Shown piece after piece: positions 18,521 to 29,412 of a stretch of 64,000 nt of DNA; the stretch's first letter is position 1; every line of letters begins with the position of its first letter. The DNA is from Ktedonobacter sp. Lineage in GTDB: Bacteria; Chloroflexota; Ktedonobacteria; Ktedonobacterales; Ktedonobacteraceae. The DNA is taken from contig JBEVTI010000008.1 of NCBI GenBank assembly GCA_041156125.1, positions 63,659 to 127,658 on the forward strand, given 5' to 3'. The translations under genes were made by a program, and so were the position numbers. The notes beneath the pieces were generated by a model that saw nothing but the letters and a program-made list of their open reading frames with translations, was not told the DNA's origin and did no database searches.

Positions 18521-20909
18521 GCTTGCCTAAATCGCGCTCGACGTGGCTCACATCTTTGATGCGCGCCAGTTTCTGCAATACAATACGCATCTGCTCCAGG
18601 TTCTCAATTTCCAGCATGAGCGTGACCACTGCCTGCTCACGGCTACTAGAAATATGGGAACTAACAGAAGTTATGTTAACACCCGCCTCGGAGACGATAG
18701 CCGCGATGTCGTGAATCAGTCCCGAGCGATCGCGCGCAGTAATCACAACCGGCGCGAGGTAGCGCTGCTGGTCCATCGTGGTCCAATTGACATTGATCAG
18801 CCGTTCGCGCTCGCGCTCACGATAACGCTCAATATTTTTACAGTCAGCGCGGTGAATAATCGCTCCTTTACCCCGGCTGATAAAGCCCACAATCTCATCG
18901 CCGGGCAGCGGACAGCAACAGTTCGCCAGTGAGGTAAGCAAACCGCTCACCCCTGCCACCTGCAACTGCGGCGCGGGCGTGCTACGCGTGACCACGGTCA
19001 GAGTGCGCTCTTCTTTGATCTCGACGCCATAAAGCTCTTGAACCTTGACCACTACGGCGCGCGGACGCAGTTCGTCGCAGCCAATACTCGCCAGCACATC
19101 CGCGAATGCCTCTTTGGCAAAGAACTTGCACAGCGCCTCCTGCGCGTCTTCGCCAATCTCTTCAACATCACGTATCGCCAGACCCTTCAGCTCGCGCTCC
19201 TGATTTTTCAGCTCACGCTCCAGGCGCTCGCGTCCGATCTGTATATTAATATCGCGCTCATAGACCTTTAAGTAGCGGCGAATCTTGCTCTTGGTCGCGG
19301 CAGTGCGCGCGAAATTTAACCAGTCGCGTGTTGGGTGAGCCGTACGTGTGGTAATGATATCGACAATATCGCCGCTCTGCAACTCGTAGTCCAGTGGCAC
19401 CATACGAGTGACCATATGTTTACCATCGCCATTGCCACTCTCGGTCGTCACGCGCGCGCCCGCGCAATGATCGCCGACCTGTGTATGCACGCGGTAAGCA
19501 AAGTCTAGCGGCGTCGAGCCAACAGGCAGATCTTTGACCTCGCCTTTAGGCGTAAAGACGAAAATCTGCTCTTCCAGAAATTCGTCGCGTACAGCTCTGA
19601 CAAACTCGCTATCACTGGAGGTGGTAGCATGCAGTTCGCGCTGCCATTCAGCCAATTGGCGCAGCCAGGAAAGTAACTCCCTGGCCGAGGCCGAGGCATG
19701 ATCGCCGATATCTTTATAGTGCCAGTGCATCGCGACACCATATTCGGCCTGCTCGTGCATCCCATGAGTGCGAATCTGCACCTCTACCAGCTGATCCTCC
19801 AGACAGAAGATCGTTGTGTGTAAAGCCTGGTAACCGTTGGGCTTAGGATTGGCAATAAAATCCTTGATACGCCCCTCTTTCGGCCTCCAGAGACTATGAA
19901 CATGTCCCAGAGCCAGGTAACAATCTGAGGTTGTATCGACCAGGATACGAAAGGCAATAAGGTCATGGATCTGGCTCAAATCAGCCTGGCTGAGAGCCTC
20001 AATCCGTCCATCATCGCTCATCGAGCGCTTAAGTTTTTGATAAAAACTGTAGAGATGCTTGACCCTGCCCGAAACTTCAGTTTGCAAACCCAATTTGCCC
20101 ATCTCGTCGCGCAAAATTGTGCAGACACGCTCGACATAAGCTCGCCACTGCTTGCGTTCTTCTTCGATCACGCTTAGCAGCCAGGTGTATTTCTCTGGCT
20201 CTAACACAGCGAAGGCCATGTCCTCCAGCTCGCTCTCCAGGCGCGACATACCCAGGCGACCGGCCAGCGGCGCGTAAATCTCCTGCGTCTCCCGCGCCAT
20301 CGTCAACAATTCCTGCGCATCCACAGCATAGCTCTTTGCGTAACCTACGCGCATCAAATGCAGTCGATAGGCCAGTTTTAAGAGCACAACGCGCGGATCT
20401 TCCGCCATCGCGAAGAACATCTTGCGTATCGTTTCCGCCTGGCGACGACGCTGATTTTCACGAATACGCTGCTTTTTGGGATCGTTGTTCTCTGCCTCAG
20501 CCTGACTAAGCTGAACTTGCGTCATACTTTGTTGCTTACGCTCCAAAATATTCATACGCAGCATACTATCCACGACACGCGCTACTGCTATCCCCAGCTC
20601 TTCCTCAACTTGCTCTAACGTCACCAGAGCGGCATCCACTGCTTCAAAAATCAGACCAGACGAGATCCCGATCGCGTCAATATGCATTTGCGCCAGAATA
20701 TTGGCTACAGCTAACGCGTACTCTAAAGGGGGGATCAAACGCAAACCACGCACACCTTCGCAGGTCTGTCGCGCGAGTTGGAGAGCATTTCGCACCTGCT
20801 CCTGTTCCACAGGCGGCATATAGCTTGCGATAAACTGGAGTAATTTTTGAACCGCGTCCCCAACAGGCTCCTTCTCTGCCGGCTCTTCACTAGTTGGCAT
20901 TTTTATCAT
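18513..20909 (-). CDS. RelA/SpoT homolog (HD-like, synthetase, TGS, ACT); hydrolase HD domain degenerate, synthetase motifs intact
   Basis: Synthetase motifs GRVKHLYSFYQK, GRIKDFIANPKPNGYQALHTT, EVQIRT, AEYGVAMHWHYKD present; HD region reads IPPLEYA...LIFEAVDAA...LAYRLHL (HP, HD and ADRLHN residues substituted). Start set at MIKMPTSEE. Confidence 0.85.
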   Translation of the reverse strand: MIKMPTSEEPAEKEPVGDAVQKLLQFIASYMPPVEQEQVRNALQLARQTCEGVRGLRLIPPLEYALAVANILAQMHIDAIGISSGLIFEAVDAALVTLEQVEEELGIAVARVVDSMLRMNILERKQQSMTQVQLSQAEAENNDPKKQRIRENQRRRQAETIRKMFFAMAEDPRVVLLKLAYRLHLMRVGYAKSYAVDAQELLTMARETQEIYAPLAGRLGMSRLESELEDMAFAVLEPEKYTWLLSVIEEERKQWRAYVERVCTILRDEMGKLGLQTEVSGRVKHLYSFYQKLKRSMSDDGRIEALSQADLSQIHDLIAFRILVDTTSDCYLALGHVHSLWRPKEGRIKDFIANPKPNGYQALHTTIFCLEDQLVEVQIRTHGMHEQAEYGVAMHWHYKDIGDHASASARELLSWLRQLAEWQRELHATTSSDSEFVRAVRDEFLEEQIFVFTPKGEVKDLPVGSTPLDFAYRVHTQVGDHCAGARVTTESGNGDGKHMVTRMVPLDYELQSGDIVDIITTRTAHPTRDWLNFARTAATKSKIRRYLKVYERDINIQIGRERLERELKNQERELKGLAIRDVEEIGEDAQEALCKFFAKEAFADVLASIGCDELRPRAVVVKVQELYGVEIKEERTLTVVTRSTPAPQLQVAGVSGLLTSLANCCCPLPGDEIVGFISRGKGAIIHRADCKNIERYRERERERLINVNWTTMDQQRYLAPVVITARDRSGLIHDIAAIVSEAGVNITSVSSHISSSREQAVVTLMLEIENLEQMRIVLQKLARIKDVSHVERDLGKRK

Positions 20910-21323
20910 GGCACGTTTCCAGTCAACAACATAAGAGGGCTTCCTCGCTGAGTAAACAGATAAACAGGCACTACACTCGCGGCACCCATTCACCCGCTCA
21001 GCATGAGGCGCGCTATGCGTTGTAAGCATAGATAGGCTCTGGTTACTAATCCTCGATCACTCTATTTCTTTCACGCCCATTACAGATAATACGTAGACCG
21101 CAGAAAAAATTCCCCTTTCCCGGCCAGGTTTTATCCATAACCCACTGCGCTTCTGCATCACTCTATTTAGACGATCGTGAATGTTTCGCGAATAAAGCGC
21201 AAAAAAAACGCACTACATAATCCAGACATATCAGTACGCGGCGCCAACGTCAGCGGCCCGGCGCCGTACACAAGCAGCCAGTTATGACTCATGATCTAGC
21301 GTGAAGAACGCACTGCACAGGCT

Positions 21324-23639
21324 CTAGCTGGTGTGGCGCCCCAGATCACGCGCCACGCTGACTACATTTTTGACCTGTTTAAGCTTCTCGTAGACGGGAT
21401 CAATCTGGTCAAGCTGGGTGATTTCAAGTGTAGCAGTAATCGTAGCACGTTGGAGCGAGCTTCTAGTCGTAGAAGCCATTGCGGTTATGTTAATACCAGC
21501 GTCGGAAACTACCGCGGCTACGTCGCGCAGCAGACCAGGCCGATCGCGCGCGACTACTATTGTGGGAACCAGAAAATGCTGTATCTCTATCTGGAGCCAG
21601 TTGACATCAATCAAGCGCTCACTCTCCTGATTACGATAACGGCGCAGAGTGCGACAGTCACTACGATGCACAATAATTCCCCGATTGGGGTTGACCGTGC
21701 CAGTAATCGCATCTCCAGGCAAGGGGCAACAGCAGTGAGCCAGGTTGACGACAATCAATGGCGCTTCATTCTTTTCAGAACTCTGCGTCAGACTCTGTTT
21801 GCGACTTTCAATACTCTCACTGGTCTTGAAGTCTCCGCGACTTTGCAGGATGGGGGCCAGATGATTGATCAGAGCCATCACCGGGAATTCCGCGCGGCCT
21901 AGCGCGAGATAGAGGTCATCCACTGTGATGTATTTCTTACTAGCAAGAAACTTTGTCAGATCTTCATCCTGGACGATCCCAATGCCGTTGGCTCCCATAG
22001 CCTTTAATGCCAGATCAACGCGCTCACGTCCCAGTTGCAAGTTGACTTCTCGCTCGTACGTTTTGAGATAGCGGCGGATCTTGTTCTTGGCCGAAGACGT
22101 ATGGGCAAAGTTTAACCAGTCACGAGTTGGATGCATCTTTGGATTAACAATGATATCTACAATCTCACCGCTTTTGAGTTCGTAGTCCAGCGGAGCAAAG
22201 CGCGTCACCAGACGCCCACTATCCTCCATATTGGTAACGATGCGCGCGCCAGCGCAGTGATCGCCAATATCGCTATGAACACGATAGGCCAGATCCAACG
22301 GCGTCGAGCCACGCGGCAGGTCTTTGACCTCGCCCTTGGGCGTAAAGACAAAGATCTGCTCCTGAAAAATATCCCCTTTGACCGCTTCAACAAACTCATC
22401 CGCGTTTTGCGGCAACTCACGCTGCCAATCTCGCAGTTGTTCGATCCAGGCAATCATCTCATTGGTAGAGAGGCGCGCACCGCCGCGATCCTTCATATAC
22501 CAGTAACTGGCAATGCCATAGTCCGCGGTACGTTGCATCTCGTGCGTGCGAATCTGAATCTCGGTCAGACGATTATCCAGACCAAAAACGGTGGTGTGCA
22601 GCGACTGATAGCCATTGACTTTCGGAATAGCGATGAAATCCCTGATGCGCCCATCAGTTGGACGCCAGAGCGCATGAATATAGCCCATCGCCAGGTAACA
22701 ATCGTGAACCGAGTTCACCAGAATGCGGAACGAAACCAGGTCGTGAATCTGCTCAATCTCGCCATTGTTCTGTTTCAACTTGCCGTACAGGCTGGACAGG
22801 TGCTTCTGCCAGGAATACACCTCAGCTTTAATACCGGCGTTCTGCATTTCTTGTCGCAACATCTGACAAACTCCCTCAGTGTGCGACTCGCGTTTTACGC
22901 GCTCTTCCTCAACTTCGCGAGCCAGCCAGGTGTATTGTTCAGGTTCCAGATAACTAAAGACGAGATCCTCCAGTTCAGCCTGCACAAGGATCATGCCCAG
23001 CCGCCTGGCCAGTGGCGCGTAGATCTCGCGCGTCTCGCGCGCCTTACTCTGCTGCTGCGTGGGATTCATCGCGCTCAGTGTACGCATGTTATGCAAGCGA
23101 TCTGCCAGCTTCAAGACCACTACACGTGGATCTTCGGCCATGGCCAGCAACATTTTGCGCACAGTTTCGCTCAACTGACGACGCTTCAGGTCACGCACCT
23201 GGCGCTGACGTTGCTCCATCTGCTCGGGCGTCTCAGGTATGCCTGGCGCTGGTTTCTCTTTGCTACCCTTGGATTTCAGCGCCAATGCGTCAAACTTGGT
23301 GACACCATCGACAATGTTGGCCACAGCTTCCCCAAAGCGCGTGCGCAATTCCTCCAGTGTAAAATCTGTATCCTCTACCACATCGTGGAGTAGCGCCGAG
23401 GCAATCCCATCCGCGTCAATACGCATATCCGCCAGCAAGAGCGCCACCTCCAATGGATGCAGGATGTACGGTTCCCCTGAACTGCGCGCAACTCCGGTAT
23501 GGGCTTGTTGTGCAAGTTCAAAGGCATCTTGAATCTTCTGCAGATCCTCTAGAGATAGGTACTCTGATGTCTCAGCCAGGAGATGCTCAAGCGTTATCTG
23601 AGATAATGCGATCGCTTCATTAGAATTAATGGCTACCAT
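21324..23639 (-). CDS. RelA/SpoT homolog with intact HD hydrolase domain; synthetase motifs partly substituted
   Basis: HPLEVA...LLHDVVEDT...LADRLHNMRTL intact; synthetase region SWQKHLSSLYGK (R to W), GRIRDFIAIPK (K to R), ADYGIASYWYMKD (H to Y). Start set at MVAINSNE with GAGGTG upstream. Confidence 0.85.
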   Translation of the reverse strand: MVAINSNEAIALSQITLEHLLAETSEYLSLEDLQKIQDAFELAQQAHTGVARSSGEPYILHPLEVALLLADMRIDADGIASALLHDVVEDTDFTLEELRTRFGEAVANIVDGVTKFDALALKSKGSKEKPAPGIPETPEQMEQRQRQVRDLKRRQLSETVRKMLLAMAEDPRVVVLKLADRLHNMRTLSAMNPTQQQSKARETREIYAPLARRLGMILVQAELEDLVFSYLEPEQYTWLAREVEEERVKRESHTEGVCQMLRQEMQNAGIKAEVYSWQKHLSSLYGKLKQNNGEIEQIHDLVSFRILVNSVHDCYLAMGYIHALWRPTDGRIRDFIAIPKVNGYQSLHTTVFGLDNRLTEIQIRTHEMQRTADYGIASYWYMKDRGGARLSTNEMIAWIEQLRDWQRELPQNADEFVEAVKGDIFQEQIFVFTPKGEVKDLPRGSTPLDLAYRVHSDIGDHCAGARIVTNMEDSGRLVTRFAPLDYELKSGEIVDIIVNPKMHPTRDWLNFAHTSSAKNKIRRYLKTYEREVNLQLGRERVDLALKAMGANGIGIVQDEDLTKFLASKKYITVDDLYLALGRAEFPVMALINHLAPILQSRGDFKTSESIESRKQSLTQSSEKNEAPLIVVNLAHCCCPLPGDAITGTVNPNRGIIVHRSDCRTLRRYRNQESERLIDVNWLQIEIQHFLVPTIVVARDRPGLLRDVAAVVSDAGINITAMASTTRSSLQRATITATLEITQLDQIDPVYEKLKQVKNVVSVARDLGRHTS

Positions 23640-24065
23640 CCAACACCTCGGCGTTTCGGGAAGAATATCTTGCACCTAGTTTAAACCACAAACGCGTACA
23701 ATGCAACGAAAATGTCAGGCGTTCTCGATATAGTATCTTACGGATAACGAACAAGTAATGTCACGAATCCGCGCCTGGCCCGTATATTTAACGCTCTCTA
23801 GGGCCTGGACCGGCTTAGCAAGACCGATCCCGCGCAACGCCGCGCTCCTGATAGAGGGTTCCCTCGCTGGAACAAATTTCTCTCGCTCTTAAAATACATT
23901 CCCCCTAATAAGGACGTAATGTCAAGAGGCTTCTTAAAAGATGTGGCAAATTTGGGGAAAAGGAAAACCCCTATCCAACCATACACTCAGGTAAGGCTGA
24001 ATAGGGAGTGAAAACGGCTCTTCTAATTAACATCATCAGAAGGCCGATTAAGAACATTCGCTTAG

Positions 24066-24431
24066 CTAACTGCGGGCCACGCGAATCTTATCGTAGCAGG
24101 AGCTGCAATAGACAGGTCGGTCGTTCTTGGGCAGGAAAGGTACCTGCGTCTCCACACCGCACTCCGCGCAAGTGACAGTATGCATCTCGCGAGGCGCACG
24201 CTCAGAACGTCCGCCAGATCCAGCTTCCGAGCGGTGGCGCGCACGACAACTCGAACAACGGCTAGGCTGATTCAACAGACCTTTTTGCTGGTAAAACTCC
24301 TGTTCGCCTGCGGTAAAAATGAAATCATTTCCGCAATCACGGCATTTAAGGGTCTTGTCAACGAAACTCAAACCAGAGACCTCCTTGTGATATGATGGTA
24401 TTCCTCCGGGTCCATATCCTTGCAGAGTCAC
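24066..24431 (-). CDS. tandem CxxC zinc-ribbon protein (zf-trcl-like)
   Basis: Two modules CxxC-x(17-20)-CxxC: KCRDCGNDFIFTAGEQEFYQQKG...CSSCR and CAECG...CSSCYDK. Confidence 0.55.
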   Translation of the reverse strand: MTLQGYGPGGIPSYHKEVSGLSFVDKTLKCRDCGNDFIFTAGEQEFYQQKGLLNQPSRCSSCRARHRSEAGSGGRSERAPREMHTVTCAECGVETQVPFLPKNDRPVYCSSCYDKIRVARS

Positions 24432-24714
24432 CAGTCGTCTGTCACCTCTAGCAGCGCGGGACTAATTGTTCTGGACGAACACTGTATACCAGACCGAGAT
24501 CGGATACCGTTGGAAAGCATACACTATACTTTAGCGATTAGCAAGACTTTTTCTTTTAAAAGCAGGGGCTTCTTCACATTTTAATAAAATTTTTATGTGT
24601 ACTCTGTCTATATAGGAATTTTAAATGCTTAAACTGTATTTAGTAAGGCTGCCAAACAGAACCAGTGCTCTGTCAAGCTTCAGTTGAGGAATGCGAGAGA
24701 ATGGAAGTGCAGTC

Positions 24715-25049
24715 TGAGTCATCCCTGATTTTGCAAAATCAGACCAAAACAGGTTTTGCCTCCCCGCCCCCTTGTGTTTTGCAGAGGTTTGGCGGGCGTT
24801 GCAGCGCACGCCAAACCTCTGCAAAACACAAGGGGTGGGGAGGACAACGCGCTCATGCTGCTTCAGAAAAATTGGATACCGTTGGCGAACTCCTTTTATG
24901 AGCCTCTGGCACCTCGCACCTGTTCTTGTGTGGCTGGTGAGCGGCCTGGCCGCTCACCAGCCACACAAGAACAGGTGCGAGGTGCCAGAGGCGCCGAGGA
25001 GTCCAGAAGAAGCGTGCGCCAACGGTATCAAAAATTGGGGATGACTCAT
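24715..25049. mobile_element. MITE-like palindromic repeat element, copy 1 (about 335 bp) with inverted termini CTGAGTCAT / ATGACTCAT
   Basis: Contains 86-nt near-perfect palindrome 24905-24990 nested inside gataccgttggcg...cgccaacggtatc; second copy at 57418-57679 in opposite orientation. Confidence 0.6.
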
Positions 25050-25198
25050 AGTGCCCCAGCCTTCTCCCCCCTCCAGGGATGTAGGGAGGTTTCGTCAAAC
25101 AAAGTTTGACCGAGTACCAGTAAATCTACAGCTTGACGCTGGTGAGAAAATGAGGGCAGCAATTTGCTCAATCAGTAGAATGGTATTCAAAGAAATAA

Positions 25199-26383
<1,185 letters not shown>

Positions 26384-26400
26384 GTAAGGGGAGATCAGTT

Positions 26401-27222
26401 ATGAGCGAGACATATCGTTTTATTGATAGCGGAATACAGGATGCCGCGCTGAATATGGCTATCGACGAGGCCATCCTGGTGCGCCATCTACAGGGACAGG
26501 TGCCCCCCACGCTGCGCGTCTTTCGCTGGTCGCGACCCTCAATCTCGCTGGGCCGCTTCCAGCAGGTGGAGCGCGAAATACTTAGTGAACTCTGTCAGCA
26601 GCAGCAGATCACCCTGGTGCGCCGTCCCACAGGCGGACGCGCGGTCTACCATCGCGACGAGTTCACCTATAGCTTTGTGAGCAGCAAAGCCTATGGCATT
26701 CCCTCCGGCATTGTCGCGGCCTACGCTCATCTCGCGCAGAGCCTGATCGCCGCGCTGGCCCTGCTGGGCGTTCCCGCTGAATTAAGTGAAGGGCGCGTCA
26801 GCAAACAGCCGTCCGCGGCCTGCTTTGCCTCCGCCACCCAGGCAGACCTGACCAGTGGCGGCTTTAAATTGATTGGTAGCGCCCAGGTCTGGAAAGAGGA
26901 CGCGCTGCTACAGCAAGGCTCGCTGCCGCTCGCAGATCGCTCCGCTGAATTTTACTCACTGCTAAGCTTTCCCGACGAAGAAGCACGGGCAGCAGCGCTG
27001 GAACTCTACCGCGAGATGACCACGCCACTGCGCACTTTCGTACCCGCGATCACCTGGGCAGAGGTAGCACAATCTTTCCAGACTGGTTTCGCGAGCGCCC
27101 TGCAAGTTGATTTCCAGGTGACCGACCTGAGCGCCGAAGAATGGGCGCTGGCCCGCGAACTCGCGCACGAAAAATACAACCATCTGACCTGGCAGAACGA
27201 GCGCGTCAAGCTAGTCAAGTAG
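26401..27222 (+). CDS. lipoate-protein ligase / octanoyltransferase family protein (BPL_LplA_LipB domain)
   Basis: RRPTGGRAVYHRDEFTYSF motif and downstream K-containing GFKLIGSAQ; GGGAGA RBS before ATG 26401. Confidence 0.7.
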   Translation: MSETYRFIDSGIQDAALNMAIDEAILVRHLQGQVPPTLRVFRWSRPSISLGRFQQVEREILSELCQQQQITLVRRPTGGRAVYHRDEFTYSFVSSKAYGIPSGIVAAYAHLAQSLIAALALLGVPAELSEGRVSKQPSAACFASATQADLTSGGFKLIGSAQVWKEDALLQQGSLPLADRSAEFYSLLSFPDEEARAAALELYREMTTPLRTFVPAITWAEVAQSFQTGFASALQVDFQVTDLSAEEWALARELAHEKYNHLTWQNERVKLVK

Positions 27223-27230
27223 CTAGCTAG

Positions 27231-27818
27231 CTAACGGCCTCCACTGCCACTTTCGCGATATTGATTGTTTGACGATGGTCCATCGCCATAGGGGTTTTCC
27301 CGGCTATTGAGTTCATCTGCCATATCCAGATTGACAGTTCCCAGAGGATGTTCGGGCACCGGTGAGTGAGGAATTGGGGTCCGCCCGGGTTGAGGTACGT
27401 AGCGCACGGCTTCTACAATCGTCAGGCCAGCGCGCGCGATATCATCATCGCGCCCGGCGGCATTGCCACCGCTTACCCCAATACCACCAATCGTCGCACC
27501 ATTTAAACGAATTGGCCAACCACCAGCGGCCATCACAAACTTACCATCGCTCATCGCAGCCATGCTTGAGGCAAAACCAGGAATCTGTGCCCCCCAGCGC
27601 GCCACTGCGTCCGTAGATTGGTTAAACATGACTGCCGTTGTAGCCTTGGCAATACTGATCTGAATAGTAGCCCAACCATAGGGGGCCATCATACGTTCAG
27701 CAAGGACAAGATGACCACCAGCATCGACAATCGCGATGCTCACCGGGCTGCGCAATTCATGGGCTCGCTGCTTGCTGGCCTCCAATACCCTCCGAGCAAG
27801 ATCTATTGTTAAGCTCAC
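27231..27818 (-). CDS. GlcG/HbpS-like (DUF336) protein
   Basis: GATIGGIGVSGGNAAGRDDDIARAG signature; GTG start with AAGGAG RBS 6 nt upstream. Confidence 0.7.
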   Translation of the reverse strand: MSLTIDLARRVLEASKQRAHELRSPVSIAIVDAGGHLVLAERMMAPYGWATIQISIAKATTAVMFNQSTDAVARWGAQIPGFASSMAAMSDGKFVMAAGGWPIRLNGATIGGIGVSGGNAAGRDDDIARAGLTIVEAVRYVPQPGRTPIPHSPVPEHPLGTVNLDMADELNSRENPYGDGPSSNNQYRESGSGGR

Positions 27819-28236
27819 GAAACACTCCTTTTTGACGGCTTCACTGCTGAAATGCCGCTCAGAAATTCTCCACACGAGATGGCTGGCCCAAGTATAACAT
27901 AGCTAAAACGGAGAAACAAATGATAGTATGCAAAAGTCACTTGACCTTTTCGGCTTTCTGATGTACCATTCCTCAAGGTGGGAGCGGCCTGTCGCTTGTT
28001 TGATCACGATCCGCTTAAGGATACTGAAATTTTTAGGGATCAGGAGTATGCTTGCTTCCATCTGTAGGGGGCGACTCCACTCAAGACCTTGCTGTAGTCC
28101 ACTTGAGAGTACTGAAATGAGCAGCGAGCTGGTTAAGTACTATAGGGCAGGACATCGTAGAGTGCAGTTAGAGAACGCCCTTTGGTGATGGACCCGCAGC
28201 ATCTGTTCAATATAGTGAAAACAGCGGAGGCCGCTC

Positions 28237-29064
28237 ATGAACTTAGAGTCCACTTCAAAGATACAAAGGACTCAATCCAGCAAACCTGCATCTTATAAAC
28301 GCGCGCATCGTGCAAACCGCCCGGTTCTGGTCACAAGCCAGAATACCGTGGCCAGCGCCACAGAACCCGCTCTGGATCTCGTGGAGCCGACATCCGATGC
28401 CCCGGTCGCACTCGAAGAGAAGGTGAGCAGTGAAGCAGAGACTGTTCGCAGGCGGGGGCCACGTTTCTTCTCCAGTGTGGGTAAAGCTGAGATGGTCTCA
28501 GATCAGCCCAAAACTGACCCCATAGCTGCGCGCCTCACGCGGGCATTACGTGGCAAAGGCGTTGAGAACACACCAGCCAAAGAGACGGTTAAAGAGAAAA
28601 AGACTGCCAGCGTTGCGAGCACACCTGCTACAAGCGCAGCAGTTCGCCCCAAATCTGGCTTTAAGATGAAATACATCTGGGGCATGATGAGCTATCTGCT
28701 GATCGCTGACTTTCTGGGTGTCTGGATTCAAAATTGGATGAAGGCTCAGGGTGTGGACGGGCTAGTCTTCACTTTAGGCGCCTTCCAGGCCAGCCGCTCA
28801 ACGCTAGTCTTCCTGGCCCTGCTCATCGTTATTCTGGTTTTGATGGCGCGTTTTGACCTGATTCCGCGCAGCTTCGGAGCGGCGCTAGGTGGCCCATCGT
28901 CACAGCGCAAAGACGGCCCCAACTCCAGCTCGCGCCAGGCTACTTTTGATACCAGAGAACCTCAGCCAACCATCAAGCAGGGCATCAAAGGTTCCAACGA
29001 CGAACTGTATCGGGAATATCGCGAAAACCAGCGCTATTTCCAGAAACGCGACCGCAAGCGCTAG
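28237..29064 (+). CDS. hypothetical protein, low-complexity N-terminal half and C-terminal TM helices
   Basis: ORF with S/T/A/K-rich N-terminus, two hydrophobic helices near C-terminus; no family recognised. Confidence 0.45.
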   Translation: MNLESTSKIQRTQSSKPASYKRAHRANRPVLVTSQNTVASATEPALDLVEPTSDAPVALEEKVSSEAETVRRRGPRFFSSVGKAEMVSDQPKTDPIAARLTRALRGKGVENTPAKETVKEKKTASVASTPATSAAVRPKSGFKMKYIWGMMSYLLIADFLGVWIQNWMKAQGVDGLVFTLGAFQASRSTLVFLALLIVILVLMARFDLIPRSFGAALGGPSSQRKDGPNSSSRQATFDTREPQPTIKQGIKGSNDELYREYRENQRYFQKRDRKR

Positions 29065-29068
29065 AGAT

Positions 29069-29133
29069 AATTTCTCATGCCTGCGCGGCATAGTGCTCCC
29101 AGGGAGCGCTATGCCGCGCAGGCATGAGAAATT
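29069..29133 (+). terminator. 32-bp near-perfect hairpin 4 nt after stop of 28237..29064
   Basis: aatttctcatgcctgcgcggcatagtgctccc a gggagcgctatgccgcgcaggcatgagaaatt (one T-G wobble). Confidence 0.55.
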
Positions 29134-29412
29134 AGATGTGGTTCTCCGTTACAGCAACTGACAATCCTCATAGCGCAGGATGGACTGCGCTTCACCCAGG
29201 TAGCACGACGAGGTGAACGAAGGACTCCACGGCCCGCCTGATTGCTCAGAAAGAGCGGCTTGCGCCATCTCTTGCTCACTAGTGTATCGACTCATCGGAT
29301 ATCGATATGGTATACTAGCGATGTCCAGCACTTATCATAACGGTAATCTGAGAACCGATCGTACCCTATCGTTACTGCACTGAAACAGTGACGACATTCA
29401 AAAGGGAACTCT

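Noticed and set aside
21281-21289. Solo ATGACTCAT word (the MITE terminus) in the rel-rel intergenic region
   Set aside because: A 9-mer alone is too short to call a remnant; no adjacent element-derived sequence was seen.
22131-23393. 420-aa ORF on the plus strand
   Set aside because: It is entirely antisense to the well-conserved RelA/SpoT gene and has a low-complexity composition typical of GC-rich antisense frames.
24665-25109. Small ORFs (62-117 aa) inside the palindromic element, and their look-alikes at 57434-57681
   Set aside because: They are mirror images of each other produced by the 86-nt palindrome; the peptide fragments recur on both strands and in both copies, as expected for non-coding symmetric DNA.
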